A DNA stretch of 64,000 bases, taken from assembly GCA_030704615.1 (NCBI GenBank), contig CM060733.1, positions 45,260,001 through 45,324,000 of the forward strand. The letters are read 5' to 3'. Positions 59,006 through 64,000 of this stretch are shown here, piece after piece; position 1 is the first letter of the stretch; the number at the start of each line of letters is the position of its first letter. The DNA comes from Takakia lepidozioides. Its lineage: Eukaryota > Plantae > Bryophyta. The position numbers were made by a program, and so were the translations under genes. A model generated the notes under the pieces. It was given only the letters and a program-made list of their open reading frames with translations. It had not been told where the DNA came from and made no database searches.

Positions 59006-62000
59006 ATGGATCCTTCACGAAGGTCTTCGCTGGGGTCAGTGGTGTCCCAAGTTGATTCCTTGTCACCAAAGAACAGACAAAGCTCAGTGAGCTATGGAGG
59101 TCGTCCCCCTTCAGCTCAAAGTTCGGTCCGACCCTCCACCTCCCGGAGTGGTCGCAGCATTCGCCCGGGCACTCCAGGTCCGTGTTCTACTCAAAGTACT
59201 CTTGAATGACTCATGGATTGAAACTTGTCACAATCTTCAATAAGCTCTATGGGCATCCTGCGGATGTCATAAATTCCTTTCTTTGTGAAGACCCGAAGTA
59301 TCTCGCAACCTACCCGGCTTGACGTCCTTTAGGGCGTCACGTCATGCATCCTGAAGTGATATTCAGTTGCTCTATCTGTCCCTGGCCCCCTGTTTACGTT
59401 GTAAAGTTTCTTTCTTTCTTTCCTTAAAGTACCATTTCATATCCTCCTTTCTCGTTCTTACTACCTCTCAAGACACAGAGCTGCTATGTTTTTTGATAAT
59501 TTTATTGAGAAAGCTAGACTATGGAGTCTGGTTCAAGCCTTGTTTAGCTCAAACAGCCTTTGCCACCACAGAATCCAAACAGTGGACAATGTGAGTTTGT
59601 TACCATTTCACGCCGGGAATCATGCACTTGTCATCCAATCATAGCCGCACTGCAGTCCAAAAACATGTTCTACATTGCACTATAGGACACAGAGAGACAT
59701 ATTTTGCAGACAAGGGGTTTTGCGACTGCATGTTATAGATGTGAAGCAGCAGCTACTTGCAAAGAGTTTTGCAGTGACAAAGGAAACTTTTTCGCTCCAC
59801 ATCAACTTTGAATTCTTTAATTAGTCTCTATGCTATGAGGTCACCCCAACCCTTAGAGAGGGAGGGAGATAGAGAGATTTGAGAAAAGCCCAGACAACTT
59901 GTGATTCAAGTGGCAAGACAGAAATATCTCTGGGTGAACCCTCCTATAGAGGGAAGTAGTGTCTGAATTTTCTAAACTTCAGACGAGATGCTCTCAGATA
60001 TATTGTGTTGCTACAAGGGAATGCAGGTGGATGCATCGGGCTAAATACTGATGTAAAGGTGGAGAGCAGACCAGTCACACAGCAAGGCATGATGAGTGTC
60101 TGCACTTCTTTTCAAGGTCTTCCTCTCTTTCTCTCCTTTATGTAAGAAATGTCGTTTTTACTTCATTTAGAGCATAGTCTACCTGTAACTGGCATTAGCA
60201 AAATGCCTCATTCTTAGATGGGCTTAGGGCCACCCAGGGGAAGGCGGAATTTTCAGTTGATCTTTGGTCCTGTCTGGGTCGACTGGGCTGTTCTATTCGT
60301 GTCCCTTGGACCCTTTTGGGCCTCCCGTCAGCATAGCTTTTTCTGTTCTTTTCTGCCCCTTCCTCTCTCCATTTATGCCAGTCCTCTCTTTATTCTCTAA
60401 CAACACCTGTAATTGGCATATGCCTGACAAATGGACATTCATGACGCAATTCTTCTCTTTCTGTGGGCAGGGCCAGGACGACAGGTCTTAGACAAGTCAT
60501 ATTATTTGGCGAAGTTGAGGGCCAAGAAGCATGAGCTTCAGTCTGAGATTGACTTGATGAATGAGGAGATTGAGAGTTTTCAAAGAAGGGGTCCAGCAAA
60601 TATTCAACTAGAGCGGAAGTAAGGACAAAATAGTTTGGTAGTATCTGTTGTTCACAAGATGAAATCAAATCCAAATAGGCTGTCTATTCCTCTCACATAC
60701 TACAGCAAGCATGTATTTCTGACTACATTTGTGTGAGGTGTTTGTCGCACATTTTGCAAACTATGTGTTCTGGATGGTTTGAGGACTAGCAAGTGTAGGC
60801 CAGGCCAGGTTTCATGGGAGGATGTTGAGAAGAGGACCAAGAGAGAGAAAGAAAGCAAGATTTGAGAAAGAAATTCATTGTCGACAGGAGGCCCAAAGGG
60901 CTGAAGGATAGATATCAGAAACAAAACCAGACAGAGAAATGAAATGAAAGATACTTGTAACGTTGTCCGCAGAAAGCTCAAAGACAGGGAGATAGTATGC
61001 ATGTCTCAACATTCCATTATTGGTCTATCTGGTCTGATGTTTGCATTTTGCCTGTCATATTTCTGTCAACACTTGTGATATAAGGCAAGAGGCATTGAGC
61101 AAGGAAGTGAAGGAGTTGAAAGCACAACTGTTGGACTACAATGGGCTCATTGAAAAGGTTAGTGCATGGAACCCTGCATGCATATATGCTTGTTTGTTCA
61201 ATCTGTCTCGGCAGTGGCATAAATCTGTGATGTTTTGGACTCTATTTTCTTGTCCGTGTTATGACGTGTTGCAGAAGAGGAAGGGAGAGAGCAGGTTTGT
61301 GTGAGGGAGACTTGCTTGCCTCTCTTGTTGTCTTCATGGCTTCTGTTTTTGTGACTTGTCCCTCCTGAGGTGTTCCTGCATGAAGATGTTTTCTAAAAGT
61401 TTGAACTGGGTCATTGTGCCCCTCTACTCTTCAAAATAGTCAGAAAAGGGGAAACAGAATGTAATACCTATCACGCTTGCTTCTTGTCGTCTCACGGTTC
61501 ACCATGAGACAACAAGGAAGCCTGATAAGCATCTCCTTTCGCTCCATTTCCCTTTCCCTCTAGATGGAGCAGACAACGTTGGACATGGGACAGGGGACAG
61601 GCTGAGGAGAACTGAATGGTGGCCTGTACATTGTGGAAGAGTTGCTACAGTACTCGGACTTAACTGCAAGATCTAGATTCTGGTCTTCCATAACAGTTTA
61701 CCTATTCGTTGAAAGATGGCCACTCGTCCCGAAGAGTACCCATTACAGTGAATCAGAAAAATTTGGCTATCCACACTATCATGGTGCGGATTGGACATAG
61801 GTGAGAGGGGCACTGAAATATTCAGTATGAACTGCTGCCTCAACAAGGAACAGACTAGTGATAGTTCTTGGAAAAAGCCTCCGCTGGCCAGGTGGCAGCA
61901 GGGGTGGGATTGGACCAGCTAAGGGAGCTTCTGAGGTCAGCGAAAGAGAAGAATGAAGCTGAGAAGAAAAAAGTTGATCAACTTTTCTCTGAGTGTGCTC

Positions 62001-63382
62001 TGTATGTAGCCTCTAGTTGAAACCTTGTGCTTCATTGACCATTGATTTTCCTGATTAGCCCTTAGAATCCAAATCCGGTGTCTAAATTGTGCCGGTTGAA
62101 TTATTGCATACTGCAGAACATAGACCTGACAGTAGATCCCACAGTAGCATCCATATTATGCCTGGCTGTCTCTGCCCTTAACCAGTGTTTAGAATGACGA
62201 CTGGTTCACATATCTACATAGTGAGTCATGAAGTGCTGGAAATATTGTGACTTTACTTTTAGCCCCCTAGAGTATACATGTGGCTCTAGGTGATGCTATA
62301 TAGGCCTATTATTTGTGCCTGCAGAAAGGAGCAGAGTACAAGAGAAGTAGAGGAAAAGGTGCAGCTTTTGGAGGCTGAAATGGAACAACGAGTCAACCAA
62401 GAAGTAAGATTTACCTCCAGCTTAACTAATCTGAACTACAGTAGTAGTAATCTTCAGGTTGACAGGGGACAGACATTTGGACCTCAGTTTCAAAAAAAAA
62501 TTGTTGATTGGTTGAACGCCAGGCTCCCGAAAGGATAGCTCAGTATATGGAGTTGCAAGGAGAAGCCCGAATGCTCGCAGCAGATGTTGAGCGCATAGAG
62601 GCGGAGCTGGAGGACATCACTCGTGCTATTTTACCATTAGAGCAGGTTTTTGAGGGGCAGCCCCTCCCTCCCTCCTTACTTTCTTGCCACAGAAGTCTTT
62701 GTTATATTGAGGTGCTTTTGGACCCAAAAGTAAGCCCTTCCCAGAACTGAAACTATTTTTTTCCTCTGCATGTTGCTCTGCTTGATTTAACTAGTGGTTT
62801 GGGAACCAATGCAGGAACTAGCTAACTCAACACCAGCTAAGCAAAAAGCTGTAGAACTGGTGGAGCAGCTATTGGTTGCTGAAGAGGAGTTGCAGCGCCT
62901 CAAGGTTGAGGAATCTCCCACAGTGCATCTCTCTCACGAAGAAGCTCGAGAGGCCATGCTTATTAAGGTACTTTCCACTCCAACTCACAAAAGAACTGGA
63001 GTAAGGATCAGAAAGTAGTGAAGTCTACATTGGTAACAAAACACCTGGTTTTATAGCATGTTAAGATATGAAACGTATTTCATCGTATCTTCATCAACAG
63101 TGGTGGACCATGGTCGTGAAAATTGGCTGGGGTTGTTCTGCATGCTTTTTGCATGATGTGCTGGCAGATTTCTATTCCTTCTGATTGTTCCTCTGTTTCA
63201 TGTACTATTTCTAAGAAGAATTCTTGCAGTGGAAGCAAAATACTTTAATTTTATGTCTGCAGATACGGCAAGACAATGCCGAGATAGCTAAAGCAGAAGA
63301 GAAGAGCAAAGAATTGGAGGGCGACATTAAAGCATATGAGGAAAAACTTGCTACTGCAGACAAAACTCTTTCTGAATTAAAA
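59006..63382 (+). CDS. IFT74: Intraflagellar transport protein 74 (3' part continues beyond the window)
   Basis: Exons ~59006-59177, 60027-60116, 60471-60618, 61085-61157, 61892-62001, 62325-62403, 62523-62645, 62815-62967 and 63263-63382. Basic RP(S/G)T N-terminus, V..RPVTQQG, GPGRQVLDKSYYL, then coiled coil. Confidence 0.9.
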
Positions 63383-64000
63383 GGTACATCTCTCTTTCCT
63401 CTAGTAAAGAAAGAGTGTACCTGCATATGAGGCTGACCAATCTTTAGGGTTTGTTATATCATGTAGTTTTGGCTAGTGGTCATCTTGTTCCCATAGACCC
63501 TAATGGCCCTAGAGATGTCTAAAAAATCTTCTCTCTAGAATACTTTTTGTTTTAGCCCATCATGATACAACCTTCATCTTCTCACGTTGTAGGACATTAT
63601 AAGCTTCTTCCTTTCTTCTGGGCTTCCTGTTGTGGTTATAAATTTTCTCTCCTGGAAATCACATCCAGGCATGACCGCAACCAACTCATTAGAAAGGAGC
63701 TCATGGAGTTACATGTCAGGAGAACTTGGAAGTTACCCAACCTCACAACAAAGCTCCATTTCTATCGAGAAACATTCTTGGTTCTCCGGGATGATAGATC
63801 TTGCGGCCCAATTACCTTTCGGCCTCTTTATCTCCTTCTCTCCTGAGGGCTTTGGGGCGGTTCAGGGTGGGCTCGCACAACCTACGGATAGAGACTGGCA
63901 GATGGGAAAACCTGCAGCGGGAGGACCGCCTATGTCCTGCTTGCACAGGGCGCAGCCGGGAAATTGAAACTGAAGAACACTTCTTCTTCTATTGCCCCCT

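Overview
Eukaryotic nuclear DNA from a land plant with flagellated sperm (it carries IFT74), so probably a bryophyte, lycophyte or fern; the taxon is inferred. Introns are spliceosomal GT-AG and there is a 500-N gap at 20547-21046. 1-14.3 kb: a nest of two divergent Mutator-like (MULE) transposase families, both with the architecture GCM-type Zn-finger + DDE core + extra Cys module + SWIM finger and sharing one intron position. Family A occurs as two defective inverted copies (A and A') forming a ~14 kb fold-back. Family B is nearly intact (one 1-nt frameshift), shows no classical TIRs, and is bracketed by tandem arrays of one CG-rich near-palindromic motif in opposite orientations. Both families end 3' in a ~180-190 bp hairpin. 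14.3-31.4 kb: nested Ty3/Gypsy fragments from several lineages, plus a hAT-like element nested in another TIR element. 32-64 kb: a plastid-type alpha/beta-hydrolase gene, a possible heavily decayed C5 DNA-methyltransferase remnant next to a Gypsy pol ORF, a small cluster of an uncharacterised gene family (one intact, one frameshifted, one fragment), and RPL35 head-to-head with IFT74, which runs off the window end. All family assignments are by eye from motifs; no database searches were run.
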